A DNA stretch of 36,237 bases from Planctomycetota bacterium (GTDB lineage: Bacteria; Planctomycetota; GCA-002687715; DRQF01). The translations under genes and the position numbers were made by a program. Position 1 is the first letter of the stretch. Each line of letters starts with the position of its first letter. Below, one piece after another: positions 16,885 to 26,667 of this stretch. The stretch spans positions 23,299-59,535 of the forward strand of contig JALTLO010000084.1 in the NCBI GenBank assembly GCA_027001995.1, read 5' to 3'. Under the pieces are notes generated by a model. It was not told where the DNA came from, ran no database searches, and saw only the letters and a program-made list of their open reading frames with translations.

Positions 16885-19800
16885 ATGAACACCGCCCAGC
16901 TCAAGATCTACGCCCCCGAGGCACGCAACGCATTCATCGCTGCCGTCACAGCCCAGGCCGGCAAGCTCGGTGTGACAGCCGCTGGCACGTCTGCTGCAAA
17001 AACACAAGGTGATGTCTTACTCATCGATGGCCAGGCTTTCCCGAAGTCGGTTGCAACGACACGTCGATCATTAGCTGACCGGGTCAAAGACCACGGTTTT
17101 GGGCAGACCATGGAAGCCGTCGCCTACACGTGGTTCAACCGTTTCGTGGCGCTTAGGTATATGGAACTCCATGGTTATCTGGACCACGGCTACCGCGTCC
17201 TAAGCCATCCCGACGGCGATGCTCGACCAGAACTCCTCGATCATGCAACCGACGTTGACTTGCCTGGCCTTGATGCCGACAAGGTCCTCGAACTGAAGCT
17301 CGACGGCACGAAAGACGAAGAACTCTATCGTCTTCTACTCAAAGCACAGTGCAACGCCCTTCATCGTGCCATGCCGTTCCTCTTCGAAAAGATTGGCGAT
17401 GAAACAGAACTATTGCTTCCAGCCAACCTGCTTCACTCCGACTCCTTGATCCGCCAACTCGTCAACAACATTGATGAAGAGTTGTGGCAAGACATCGAGA
17501 TCATCGGCTGGCTCTACCAGTTCTACATCTCGGAGAAGAAAGACCAGGTCATTGGCAAGGTAGTGAAGTCGGAAGACATTCCGGCGGCGACCCAGCTCTT
17601 TACACCCAACTGGATCGTAAAATACATGGTCCAGAACTCGCTGGGGGCGCAGTGGCTGGCGACATATCCCGATTCGCCACTTAAAGGTGAGATGGAGTAC
17701 TACATTGAACCCGCCGACCAGACGGATGAGGTCAACGCGCAGCTGGCAACCATCACTCCAACGAGCCTTGATCCGGAAAAGATTACACTGATGGATCCTG
17801 CGTGTGGGTCGGGTCACATATTGGTTGAGGCGTATGACCTCTTCAAGACCATCTACCTCGAGCGTGGGTACCGGCGGCGGGACGTGGCGCAGCTAATTCT
17901 CGAGAAGAACCTCTTCGGCCTCGACATCGACGAGCGTGCGGCGCAGCTCGCGGGCTTCGCGTTAATGATGAAGGGCCGGGCCGATGATCGACCGCTGTTT
18001 GAACGAGGAGTGAAGATCAATGTTATGGCGCTCGTGGATAGCGCAGGGTTTGATGCCGAGGCGGTAGGGGATGGTGTTGAGCTGTCAGGCTACGGCCTGA
18101 AGACGACCGACCTCACCGAACTGAAACAGCTCTTTGAGCATGCGACGACGTTCGGGTCCTTGATTCAGGTGCCGGCGGGGCTGGCGAAGATGCTGCGGCC
18201 GATCAAGCAGCTGAGCAAGGCGGCTGGTCAAGGTCTCTTTGAATCGGAAGCCCTCAGTCGCTTGGGGCCGCTGGTGCGGCAAGCCGAGTTGTTGGCGGCG
18301 AAGTACGATGCGGTGGTCGCGAATCCGCCGTATGTCGGGAGCAAGTTTCACGTCCCGGTCCTGAAAAAGTTCTTGAAGGACTGCTACGACGGATACGAGA
18401 AAGACGTTTTCTCTGCCTTCATCGACCGAAACCTCGCGTTTAGCAAGCGGCATGGTCGCTTGGGATTCATGTCGCCATTCGTCTGGATGTTCATATCGAG
18501 CTACGAGCAACTGCGGACAAGGCTCGTGGAAACGGAGACGATCACATCGCTCGTCCAACTTGAGTATTCGGGATTTGATGGCGCTACGGTACCGATCTGC
18601 ACCTTCACGCTCCAGAAGAACCACTTGAAAGGACAGAAGTCTTGCTTCATCCGTTTGTCCGAGTTTCGCGGCTCGGAAAACCAAGGCCCCAAGACGCTTG
18701 AGGCAATCAACGACCGTGGATGCGGATGGTTTTACGAAGCGGCACAGGACAAATTTAGGAAAATCCCGGGTAGTCCGGTGGCATATTGGGCAAGCGAACG
18801 AGTTCTGCATGCGTTCGAGGTCGGGCGGCCCATGAATTTGGACTGTTCAACGAGAAAGGGGATGGCAACAGGCCTCAATGCAGAATTCGTTCGTGCGTGG
18901 TACGAAGTGCCGATCTGCCGAATTGGTATTGGAAAAACGCGAGATGAAGCAAAGGTGTCTGGTCTCAAGTGGTTCCCATACGCTAACGGTGGCGCCTTTC
19001 GAAAGTGGTATGGGCACTACGATGACATCGTGAACTGGGAGTCAGACGGGAGGCGCCTACAGACGGAAGAACACGTAAGCGGTCGGGTTCGGGCTGTAAA
19101 TCTAAACCTCGAATTCATCTACACGCCCGGCCTATCGTGGACATCGATTACCAGCAGCCTGTTTTCAATTCGGAGTTTGCCCGTTGGCTTCCTTTTTAGT
19201 TCCGCTTCAAATGCCCTATTTCGTCGCGATGATGAGGAGCCGGACTTCCACCTGGCGCTACTCAACTCCAAGGTCCACGCGGAATTGTCGAAGGTGCTGA
19301 ATCCAACTCTGAACGCCAATCCAGGGGATGTTGGGAAGATTCCCATCCTGACAAGCACTGAGATGGCGACGGAGTTAACCAAGAAGTTGCTGGGCCTTGC
19401 GAGATTCGACTGGGACGCATACGAACGTTCCTGGGATTTTCAATCCCTCCCTCTCCTGACAGCCTCATCCGAGTCCACACACATACTCAAGTTTAGCTAC
19501 ACCACTTGGATCACCCAAAGCCGCGAAACCATCGCCGAGATGAAGCGCCTTGAAGAGGAGAACAATCGCCTCTTCATCGACGCCTACGGACTGGCGGACG
19601 AGCTCACTCCCGACGTTCCCGTCGAACAGATCACGCTCACGATGAACCCCGCCTACCGCTACGGCACCAAGATTACTGAAGAGGAACAGTGGACCCGCTT
19701 TCGCCAAAACTCGATGGAAGAGCTGGTTTCCTACGCAATTGGCTGCTTGATGGGCCGATACAGCCTGAACGAGCCAGGCCTCATCTACGCCAACAGCGGC

Positions 19801-20460
19801 AACAATGGTTTCGATCCCAGCCGCTACTCAACCTTCCCTGCCGACGACGACGGCATCGTCCCGCTCACCGACACAAATTGGTTCTCCGACGATGCTTGCA
19901 ACCGTCTTGTCGAGTTCATGTCAGTGGCTTGGGACAAGTCAGGTCTCGAAGAGAATCTCAACTTTCTGGCCGCTAATCTCGCTCCAAAGAAGAACGAAAC
20001 GAGCCGCGACACGATACGCCGCTATCTCTGCGACAAGTTCTTCAAAGACCATATGAAGACCTACAAGAAGCGGCCAATCTACTGGCTCTTCTCAAGCGGC
20101 AAGCAGAAGGCGTTTCAATGCCTCGTGTACCTGCATCGTTACAACGAAGGCACCCTCTCGCGCATGCGGAGCGAGTACGTCATCCCCCTGCAAGGCAAGA
20201 TGGCAGCACGTTTGGAGAAACTACAAGGCGACATCCAGGCCGCGACGTCATCGGCGCAGAGCAAAGCTCTCACCAAGGAACGTGCCAAGCTCGAGAAACA
20301 ACAACATGAGCTCATCACATTTGACGAAAAGCTACGCCACTACGCAGACCGCCGCATATCTCTTGACCTCGACGACGGCGTCAAGGTCAATTATGGCAAG
20401 TTCGGTGATCTCTTGGCAGAAGTCAAAGCCATTCATGGCAAGAAAGCGGAGGTCGAATGA
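16885..20460 (+). CDS. pglX: BREX-1 adenine DNA methyltransferase PglX
   Basis: AYTWFNRF, IPAATQLFTP, DPACGSG, ANPPY, KIPGSPVAYW, YKKRPIYWLFSSG, DLDDGVKVNYGKF. Confidence 0.97.
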   Translation: MNTAQLKIYAPEARNAFIAAVTAQAGKLGVTAAGTSAAKTQGDVLLIDGQAFPKSVATTRRSLADRVKDHGFGQTMEAVAYTWFNRFVALRYMELHGYLDHGYRVLSHPDGDARPELLDHATDVDLPGLDADKVLELKLDGTKDEELYRLLLKAQCNALHRAMPFLFEKIGDETELLLPANLLHSDSLIRQLVNNIDEELWQDIEIIGWLYQFYISEKKDQVIGKVVKSEDIPAATQLFTPNWIVKYMVQNSLGAQWLATYPDSPLKGEMEYYIEPADQTDEVNAQLATITPTSLDPEKITLMDPACGSGHILVEAYDLFKTIYLERGYRRRDVAQLILEKNLFGLDIDERAAQLAGFALMMKGRADDRPLFERGVKINVMALVDSAGFDAEAVGDGVELSGYGLKTTDLTELKQLFEHATTFGSLIQVPAGLAKMLRPIKQLSKAAGQGLFESEALSRLGPLVRQAELLAAKYDAVVANPPYVGSKFHVPVLKKFLKDCYDGYEKDVFSAFIDRNLAFSKRHGRLGFMSPFVWMFISSYEQLRTRLVETETITSLVQLEYSGFDGATVPICTFTLQKNHLKGQKSCFIRLSEFRGSENQGPKTLEAINDRGCGWFYEAAQDKFRKIPGSPVAYWASERVLHAFEVGRPMNLDCSTRKGMATGLNAEFVRAWYEVPICRIGIGKTRDEAKVSGLKWFPYANGGAFRKWYGHYDDIVNWESDGRRLQTEEHVSGRVRAVNLNLEFIYTPGLSWTSITSSLFSIRSLPVGFLFSSASNALFRRDDEEPDFHLALLNSKVHAELSKVLNPTLNANPGDVGKIPILTSTEMATELTKKLLGLARFDWDAYERSWDFQSLPLLTASSESTHILKFSYTTWITQSRETIAEMKRLEEENNRLFIDAYGLADELTPDVPVEQITLTMNPAYRYGTKITEEEQWTRFRQNSMEELVSYAIGCLMGRYSLNEPGLIYANSGNNGFDPSRYSTFPADDDGIVPLTDTNWFSDDACNRLVEFMSVAWDKSGLEENLNFLAANLAPKKNETSRDTIRRYLCDKFFKDHMKTYKKRPIYWLFSSGKQKAFQCLVYLHRYNEGTLSRMRSEYVIPLQGKMAARLEKLQGDIQAATSSAQSKALTKERAKLEKQQHELITFDEKLRHYADRRISLDLDDGVKVNYGKFGDLLAEVKAIHGKKAEVE

Positions 20461-20555
20461 CAACAATTCGACGCAATCCCGATGCCCTTGGACGTACCCG
20501 TGGAGCCCGGTGGTATCCAGGGGAATTGAGCGCAGGAGACGGTGATGAGGATTAA
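20457..20555 (+). pseudogene. 32-codon remnant ORF coupled to pglX, probably a deletion scar of an accessory gene
   Basis: ATGA overlap and GGAGG upstream; MTTIRRNPDALGRTRGARWYPGELSAGDGDED*; GRTRGARW resembles a winged-helix wing end. Confidence 0.35.
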
Positions 20556-20572
20556 ACAGAACCATGTGATCC

Positions 20573-20637
20573 TGTCTAATCTTTGTCTAATTCCATGTCT
20601 AATTGGGGACGTAAGACACTCAATAACAATGACTTAC
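20573..20637. repeat. Three TGTCTAAT direct repeats followed by a GTAAG-N17-CTTAC inverted repeat containing an IHF-like site
   Basis: TGTCTAAT at 20573, 20584 and 20596; GTAAG 20611-20615 / CTTAC 20633-20637; TAACAATGACTTA 20624-20636 differs from WATCAANNNNTTR by one base. Confidence 0.8.
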
Positions 20638-20699
20638 ACAACCGGTTTATTGTGCCAATTTAGCCCAACATGGACAGAGGCGACAAAAGAGGAGCCATC

Positions 20700-23315
20700 A
20701 TGAAGGCAGCGCAAGTCGACACGGCACTGATTCAGAAATTCATCGAAGAAGACAACCGCATTGTTTTCTGGAACGATGCCAATGCCGAGTTCTCAAGCTA
20801 CATCGAACGAGGACTACCAGATGAGCTCTCAACTGTCACAGTCTTAGACATGGCAGAACAAGGCGGCCTATCAACCAAGCTGCGCCTCGAACGCGAAGAC
20901 TGCACTGAAAAGTACCTCCTTTATCGTGCTGGCGAAGTACCGCCAGCCGAAGAAGACTGGCTCCTTGATATCCGCCTCTACAGCGCTGAATTCCACGCTG
21001 ATGTTGCGAGCATCTGGCTCCAAGAACTGGGTCTTTCCGACCTCTACCTGCGGAAACATCTTCGGGCACGACAGTCATTCCTTGGCAGCCAAGAGCGACG
21101 TCGAAAGCTGGGGCGACTGATCGATCCCGACGACAATGAGGCGGCCATCGATCTGAAGATGATCGCCGTGCTTTCTGGAAGTGATGTAGCAGGCTTGTTC
21201 TCAGTGCTAAGAGCACTCTGTCATGGCCACATCGTTGACAACCAGTTCGACCTGGAATCGACTCCACCGGCGATTGAGCAGTTCGCGAAGATGGGTCTGG
21301 CTGATTGTTTCTGGAGCCTGATCGAAAAGGAATTTGGCTACAGCGAAAAAACACCAACAATCGCTGCCATCTTGCGGCGATTGCTTGTGTCAGAACTCGT
21401 TCATGAAGCTGGTGAAGAAGGCCTTGAGTCACTCGGCCATTTCCTCTTGTCTGACGAAGGAAAGCGCAATGCTGTAGTCTTCCTCACTCAGTGGCGCGAC
21501 TCTAAAGGCAAAGCCAACAGCTATGACGCTGCCGCTTTGGCCGTCGAAGAAGAGCTCAAGATCCGTGAGCAAATTGGAAACCTCAAACTCGAGGCTCTGG
21601 CCGAGATCTTCACATTCTGGGCCATAGAAATGAAAGTTGTGGCTCAGCTTCGAGATCAAGCACTTGAAAAGAACCCGGTTAGTCAGCTCGAGTCTATTTC
21701 CGCCACCGCCACCAGCCGCAAAGCGGGCTATTGGCTTTCAAATCTTGGCCCAGATCAACCTGAGCGCATCGCCGTTTCAAGATCTTATGATGCCATCGTT
21801 GCAGCAGTGGAACTCTTCGACCTTGCCACCGAGCATGGCCGAGCCTTTTCATTTGAGAATGCCGACGAGTTGCTCGCCGCTTATCGCAACGACCTCTACC
21901 GCTTCGATCAGCTCTATCGACACTTCTGCTTCAATGTGAAATTTGCGAAGCAGCAAACTTGGGGGCTTCTTAAGAAGCTCACTGACGATGTGGAAGGAGT
22001 TTACGAGCAAGCATTCTTGCAGCCATTCAGTCTGGAGTGGGGTAGGCTCCTTGAAGGTGGCTTCTTGGAGACTTGGAAGACATCCAAGATGCCGGCCCAA
22101 CATCGTTTCTACGAGAATACGATTGGGCCTTATCTGAGGGAATCTGGGAGACGGCGAGCATTTGTCATTATCAGTGACGCTTTTCGATACGAAGCGGCAG
22201 AAGAACTGACATCAGCTTTGAACGGTCGCTACCGCATGGACGCCTCCCTGGGCGCCATGCTTGGGGTCCTCCCCTCTTACACGACCTTGGGCATGGCCAG
22301 TCTTCTTCCAAGCAAGAGTCTTGCCTACAGAGACAACGGCGATGTCTTGGCCGACGGAAAATCTGTTTCTGGCACGGAGACCAGATCAAAGCAGCTTGAC
22401 CGCTCAGGGGGCATGGCGTGCCAAGCCAGCGATCTCATGCCCATGAAAACAGACGAGGCGCGAGACTTCACCAGCGGCAAACGTGTTATTTACATCTATC
22501 ACAACGTCATCGATGCTCGTGGCGACAGCAAATCGACAGAAGATGAGACTTTTGCGGCGGTGAATGAGTGCATTGTTGAACTGGCTGACTTGGTCAAGTT
22601 TTGCGTCAACAAGCTCAATGCTGCCACCGTCTGGGTCACGGCTGATCATGGTTTCCTATTCCAGGAATCAGCTCCGGACCAGACGGACAAGAGCGAACTC
22701 ACGCAAATCCCTGAACGGGTGGTGAAGAAGAAGAAACGCTACATTATCGGTCATGAGCTGGGCATGGTGGCAGAAGCCCACCATGGTTGGATCAGAGATA
22801 CAGCAGGCATCGAAGATGACATGGAGTACTGGATCCCCCGAGGAACCAACAGATTCCACTTCCAAGGTGGAGCTCGCTTCATTCATGGCGGTGCCATGCC
22901 TCAAGAGATCGTTATTCCATTGGTGAAGGTCACCCAGCTAACGGGCAAAAAGAAAGTAGCTTCTCGGGTCGAGAAGGTGTCCGTGCAGGTCTTGGGCAAC
23001 AAACACAAGATTACCACACCGAAATACCGATTCGAGCTCATTCAGACTGAAGCAGTCAGTGATCGGCGCAAGCCTATCACTCTTAGGGCAGCAGTCTATG
23101 ATGGTGCCACAGCCGTCACCTCCATCGAGACTGTCACTTTTGACTCTGTCTCCGAGAGCATTGACGAGAGAAAGAAAACAATCCGCTTAGAACTCCTAAG
23201 CGGTGACTTTGACAAGAAACGGCCTTACCGCTTGGTGCTTCGCGATTCAGAGAATGACCGCGAAGTCCTTTCTATGCCGGTCGTGATTGACAGGAGCTTT
23301 GATGATGACTTCTGA
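20700..23315 (+). CDS. pglZ: BREX-1 phosphatase/phosphodiesterase PglZ
   Basis: RIVFWND, DWLLDI, IISDAFRYE, LPSYTTLGMASLLP, YIYHNVIDARGD, TADHGF, FIHGGAMPQE; GAGGAG RBS. Confidence 0.96.
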   Translation: MKAAQVDTALIQKFIEEDNRIVFWNDANAEFSSYIERGLPDELSTVTVLDMAEQGGLSTKLRLEREDCTEKYLLYRAGEVPPAEEDWLLDIRLYSAEFHADVASIWLQELGLSDLYLRKHLRARQSFLGSQERRRKLGRLIDPDDNEAAIDLKMIAVLSGSDVAGLFSVLRALCHGHIVDNQFDLESTPPAIEQFAKMGLADCFWSLIEKEFGYSEKTPTIAAILRRLLVSELVHEAGEEGLESLGHFLLSDEGKRNAVVFLTQWRDSKGKANSYDAAALAVEEELKIREQIGNLKLEALAEIFTFWAIEMKVVAQLRDQALEKNPVSQLESISATATSRKAGYWLSNLGPDQPERIAVSRSYDAIVAAVELFDLATEHGRAFSFENADELLAAYRNDLYRFDQLYRHFCFNVKFAKQQTWGLLKKLTDDVEGVYEQAFLQPFSLEWGRLLEGGFLETWKTSKMPAQHRFYENTIGPYLRESGRRRAFVIISDAFRYEAAEELTSALNGRYRMDASLGAMLGVLPSYTTLGMASLLPSKSLAYRDNGDVLADGKSVSGTETRSKQLDRSGGMACQASDLMPMKTDEARDFTSGKRVIYIYHNVIDARGDSKSTEDETFAAVNECIVELADLVKFCVNKLNAATVWVTADHGFLFQESAPDQTDKSELTQIPERVVKKKKRYIIGHELGMVAEAHHGWIRDTAGIEDDMEYWIPRGTNRFHFQGGARFIHGGAMPQEIVIPLVKVTQLTGKKKVASRVEKVSVQVLGNKHKITTPKYRFELIQTEAVSDRRKPITLRAAVYDGATAVTSIETVTFDSVSESIDERKKTIRLELLSGDFDKKRPYRLVLRDSENDREVLSMPVVIDRSFDDDF

Positions 23316-25353
23316 TGCTACGAACGAGACCGGTCGCGATCTCGACGTTTTGCTCAATGAGAACTTCGCCGGCAAGATTGTGCGAAAGGATCTCACCAAG
23401 CTGGTCAAGGAAGGGGCAAACGTCCCGATTTTTGTCCTTGAGTACCTGCTTGGCAACTACTGTGCATCGCAGGACGAAGAAGTCGTGGCCGATGGGCTGG
23501 AAACAGTCAAGAAGATCTTGTCCGACAACTTTGTGCGTCCTGACGAAGCAGAGAAGATTAAGTCTCTGATTCGTGAGAAAGGTACCTACAAGGTCATCGA
23601 TAAGGTCAGTGTTGCGCTCAATGAGAGAAATGACACCTATGAAGCCCAGCTTGTCAGCTTGGGCATCAAGGGTGTTGTTGTGCCCACGAAGACGGTCAAG
23701 CAGTTCGAGAAGCTCCTTGTTGGTGGCATCTGGGCCTTAGTGACTCTTGAGTATTTCTTTGAAGAAGGTCAGAAAGGGTCACCATTCTCTGTCCGGCAGC
23801 TCAAACCCATCCAAATGCCCAACATGGACATGGATGATCTTCGGGAAGGCCGCAAGCAGTTTACCACTGAAGAATGGCTGGATGTCCTCATGCGCTCGTC
23901 TGGGATGGAGCCCACAACCCTTGAGAAGCGGGTAAAGTGGCATCTCTTGGCTCGAATGATCCCCTTCGTTGAAAACAATTTCAATGTCTGCGAGCTTGGT
24001 CCCCGAGGAACGGGCAAGAGCCACATTTACAAGGAAATCAGCCCGAACAGCATCCTTGTCTCTGGTGGACAAACCACGGTTGCCAACCTCTTCTACAACC
24101 TTTCTCGCCGACAGATCGGCCTCGTAGGTGTCTGGGATGTTGTGGCGTTTGACGAGGTCGCAGGTATCAAATTCAAGGACCACGACGGCGTCCAGATCAT
24201 GAAAGACTTCATGGCCTCTGGTTCCTTTGTGCGTGGCCGAGACTCCTTGAATGCTTCGGCCTCCATGGTCTTTGTCGGCAACATCGACAATGTCGAGACC
24301 CTGCTCAAGACCAGCCATCTCTTAGCCCCCTTCCCCGAGGTCATGATTGACTCAGCATTCTTCGATCGATTCCATGCCTATATTCCTGGCTGGGAGATCC
24401 CGAAGATGCGGCCAGAATTCTTCACAGACCAGTACGGCTTCATCGTCGACTATCTGGCCGAGTTCTTCCGTGAGATGCGCAAGCACAACTTCAGTGATGC
24501 CATCAATCGCTATTTCCGTCTTGGCAGAGACCTCAATCAACGTGACACCATTGCCATCAAACACACGGTGTCAGGGCTTCTTAAGTTACTTCATCCTCAT
24601 GATGACTTTGACAAGGAGGCCGTTCGCGAATGCTTGGAGTATGCCCTTGAAGTACGGCGCCGCGTGAAAGAACAACTGAAGCGTATTGGCGGCATGGAGT
24701 TCTTTGACGTTCACTTCAGCTACATTGACCTTGAGACCAATGAAGAGAAGTTCATCATGGTCGAGGAGCAAGGTGGTGGGTCCTTGATTCCAGACAGCCC
24801 TCTCAGCCCTGGCGCCCTCTACACTGTCGCACGAGGCAGTGGCGGACACCTTGGTCTCTATCGTATCGAAACCCAAGTCACATCGGGTACGGGCCAATTG
24901 AAGCTCTCTGGCCTTGGCTCCAACACCGCAGCGAAAGAATCCCTGAAGGTGGGCCACGACTACTTCCGCGCCAACGCCAATCAAGTCCAAGCCTCAGCAA
25001 AACCCGGCGACCACGACTTCCACCTCCATGTCGTCGAAGCCCACAACACCGGGCCCTCGACGGCCCTTACTCTGGCTGGATACGTGGCACTGTGCTCTGG
25101 ACTCATAGGAAAGCCTGTGGAAGCCCAACTGGTTGTCCTTGGCACAATGAGCCTTGGCGGCAACATCGTCCCTGTAGAGAACATTGCGGAATCCCTCCAG
25201 GTTGCGGCGGATGCAGGAGCCAAGCGACTCTTGCTGCCCATGGCAAGCGTGGCCGACATTCCTTCAATCCCAGGGGAGCTATTTGCCAAGTTTCAAACGA
25301 GTTTCTACGCCGATCCGAAGGACGCGGTGTTCAAAGCTTTGGGGGTGCAATGA
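23302..25353 (+). CDS. brxL: BREX protein BrxL (MCM-like AAA+ and Lon-like C-terminal domain)
   Basis: VRKDLTK, GANVPIFVLEYLLG, ELGPRGTGKSH, VAFDEVA, AFFDRFH, FYADPKDAVFKALGV; AGGAG RBS (start 23302 or 23305). Confidence 0.96.
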   Translation: MMTSDATNETGRDLDVLLNENFAGKIVRKDLTKLVKEGANVPIFVLEYLLGNYCASQDEEVVADGLETVKKILSDNFVRPDEAEKIKSLIREKGTYKVIDKVSVALNERNDTYEAQLVSLGIKGVVVPTKTVKQFEKLLVGGIWALVTLEYFFEEGQKGSPFSVRQLKPIQMPNMDMDDLREGRKQFTTEEWLDVLMRSSGMEPTTLEKRVKWHLLARMIPFVENNFNVCELGPRGTGKSHIYKEISPNSILVSGGQTTVANLFYNLSRRQIGLVGVWDVVAFDEVAGIKFKDHDGVQIMKDFMASGSFVRGRDSLNASASMVFVGNIDNVETLLKTSHLLAPFPEVMIDSAFFDRFHAYIPGWEIPKMRPEFFTDQYGFIVDYLAEFFREMRKHNFSDAINRYFRLGRDLNQRDTIAIKHTVSGLLKLLHPHDDFDKEAVRECLEYALEVRRRVKEQLKRIGGMEFFDVHFSYIDLETNEEKFIMVEEQGGGSLIPDSPLSPGALYTVARGSGGHLGLYRIETQVTSGTGQLKLSGLGSNTAAKESLKVGHDYFRANANQVQASAKPGDHDFHLHVVEAHNTGPSTALTLAGYVALCSGLIGKPVEAQLVVLGTMSLGGNIVPVENIAESLQVAADAGAKRLLLPMASVADIPSIPGELFAKFQTSFYADPKDAVFKALGVQ

Positions 25354-25527
25354 CATCTGCGCTCATCGGGTTATTGTCGGAAGTCTCTCGGTTCGGGACG
25401 GCATTTCGCTCGAAGACTCGGATGATAACCGATAAGATCAAATATGAAGTAACGTCGACTCCACGACGCTCGAAAAAACGAGATTGTCACGTTTGTCCTC
25501 GACCACAACCGAATTAGGGACCTAATC

Positions 25528-26667
25528 ATGCCAAGAGATCCAGTTGCTCCCGACGAGAATCAGAATTCACCGAACGCGCCGCCCGATCCTGAGGCAGGGC
25601 AAATTGAGGGCCTGGACGAATCTGATGACGCCGGCCTTGGCGAATACCCCATCGACACGCTGCTTATTCGAAAAGAGACGCGCACCGTTTTTGACGTTGT
25701 CCGTCGCATCAACGCAGGCGGGTTTATCTTGAACCCTGACTTCCAACGCGATTTCGTATGGAATGCCGAGAAGAAGAGCAAGCTGATTGAATCAGTGCTT
25801 ATGCGAATCCCGCTCCCAGTTTTCTACTTGGCTGAAGACTCAGAAGGCGGGACGATCGTCGTCGATGGGTTACAGCGACTTTCAACTTTTCGCGATTTTC
25901 TCGCGAACAAGTTTCATTTGAAACTCCCTCATCAACAAACTCTCAACAAGAAAAAATTCGAAGAGCTATCGCCGAAGCTCCAGAATCGAGTCGAGGACTG
26001 CAACTTGGAACTCTATCTCATTGACTCCAAAGTCCCCGAGCAGGCCAAGCTCGACATTTTTGAACGGGTCAACAGCGGTGAAGTGCTTACGCGTCAGCAA
26101 ATGAGAAACTGCCTCTACATGGGGCCGGCAACGAGGTGGCTGCGGGCCGAAGCCGCCACTGACCTATTCCTTCAGGCCACAGGAAAGAGCCTTGATGTCA
26201 ACAAGATGAGAGACCGCGAGTTCGCAAACAGGTTTTGCGCTTTCTTTTTGTTGGGTCCAGATGGCTACAAAAAGGCTGACATGGATAACTTTCTTGCGTT
26301 GGCGCTCAAGAGAATGAACGACGCAGATGAAGCGGAAATGGATGTTCTGTCCGAAAAATTCCAGCTTGCCTTGAGAAACAACCTACATCTGTTCGGGCGT
26401 CATGCATTTCGCAAGCATGCACCGGACCAAGACCATAGAGGCATCATTAACGCTTCACTCTGGGACGTCATGATTACGGGTTTGGCACACTACACGGAAC
26501 AGCAGGTCATTGATCGAGCCGAAGACCTGCGGCATCGATTCTATCAGTTATTGAGAGATACGACCTTCAATGCCTCAATAACTTATGGGCCGAGCAGTAC
26601 GGCGAATGTCAAGACTCGTTTCTTGATGACTTCCAAGATGTTCCAGGAGAGTTTCGGTGATCAATAG
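25528..26667 (+). CDS. DUF262 (ParB-like) protein, Menshen NsnA-like
   Basis: PDFQRDFVW, LIESVLMRIPLP, VDGLQRL, IFERVNSG. Confidence 0.88.
   Translation: MPRDPVAPDENQNSPNAPPDPEAGQIEGLDESDDAGLGEYPIDTLLIRKETRTVFDVVRRINAGGFILNPDFQRDFVWNAEKKSKLIESVLMRIPLPVFYLAEDSEGGTIVVDGLQRLSTFRDFLANKFHLKLPHQQTLNKKKFEELSPKLQNRVEDCNLELYLIDSKVPEQAKLDIFERVNSGEVLTRQQMRNCLYMGPATRWLRAEAATDLFLQATGKSLDVNKMRDREFANRFCAFFLLGPDGYKKADMDNFLALALKRMNDADEAEMDVLSEKFQLALRNNLHLFGRHAFRKHAPDQDHRGIINASLWDVMITGLAHYTEQQVIDRAEDLRHRFYQLLRDTTFNASITYGPSSTANVKTRFLMTSKMFQESFGDQ

Noticed and set aside
22920..22934. 15-nt match TTGGTGAAGGTCACC in pglZ to the stem at 5925-5939 (reverse complement)
   Set aside because: It lies in coding sequence (LVKVT) with no partner arm nearby and involves the stem rather than a loop; treated as probable coincidence.
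24780..25353. BrxL as an active Lon protease
   Set aside because: A GPS serine is present, but the Lys of the Ser-Lys dyad appears replaced (PVENIAES); degeneracy of this domain is not unusual in BrxL.
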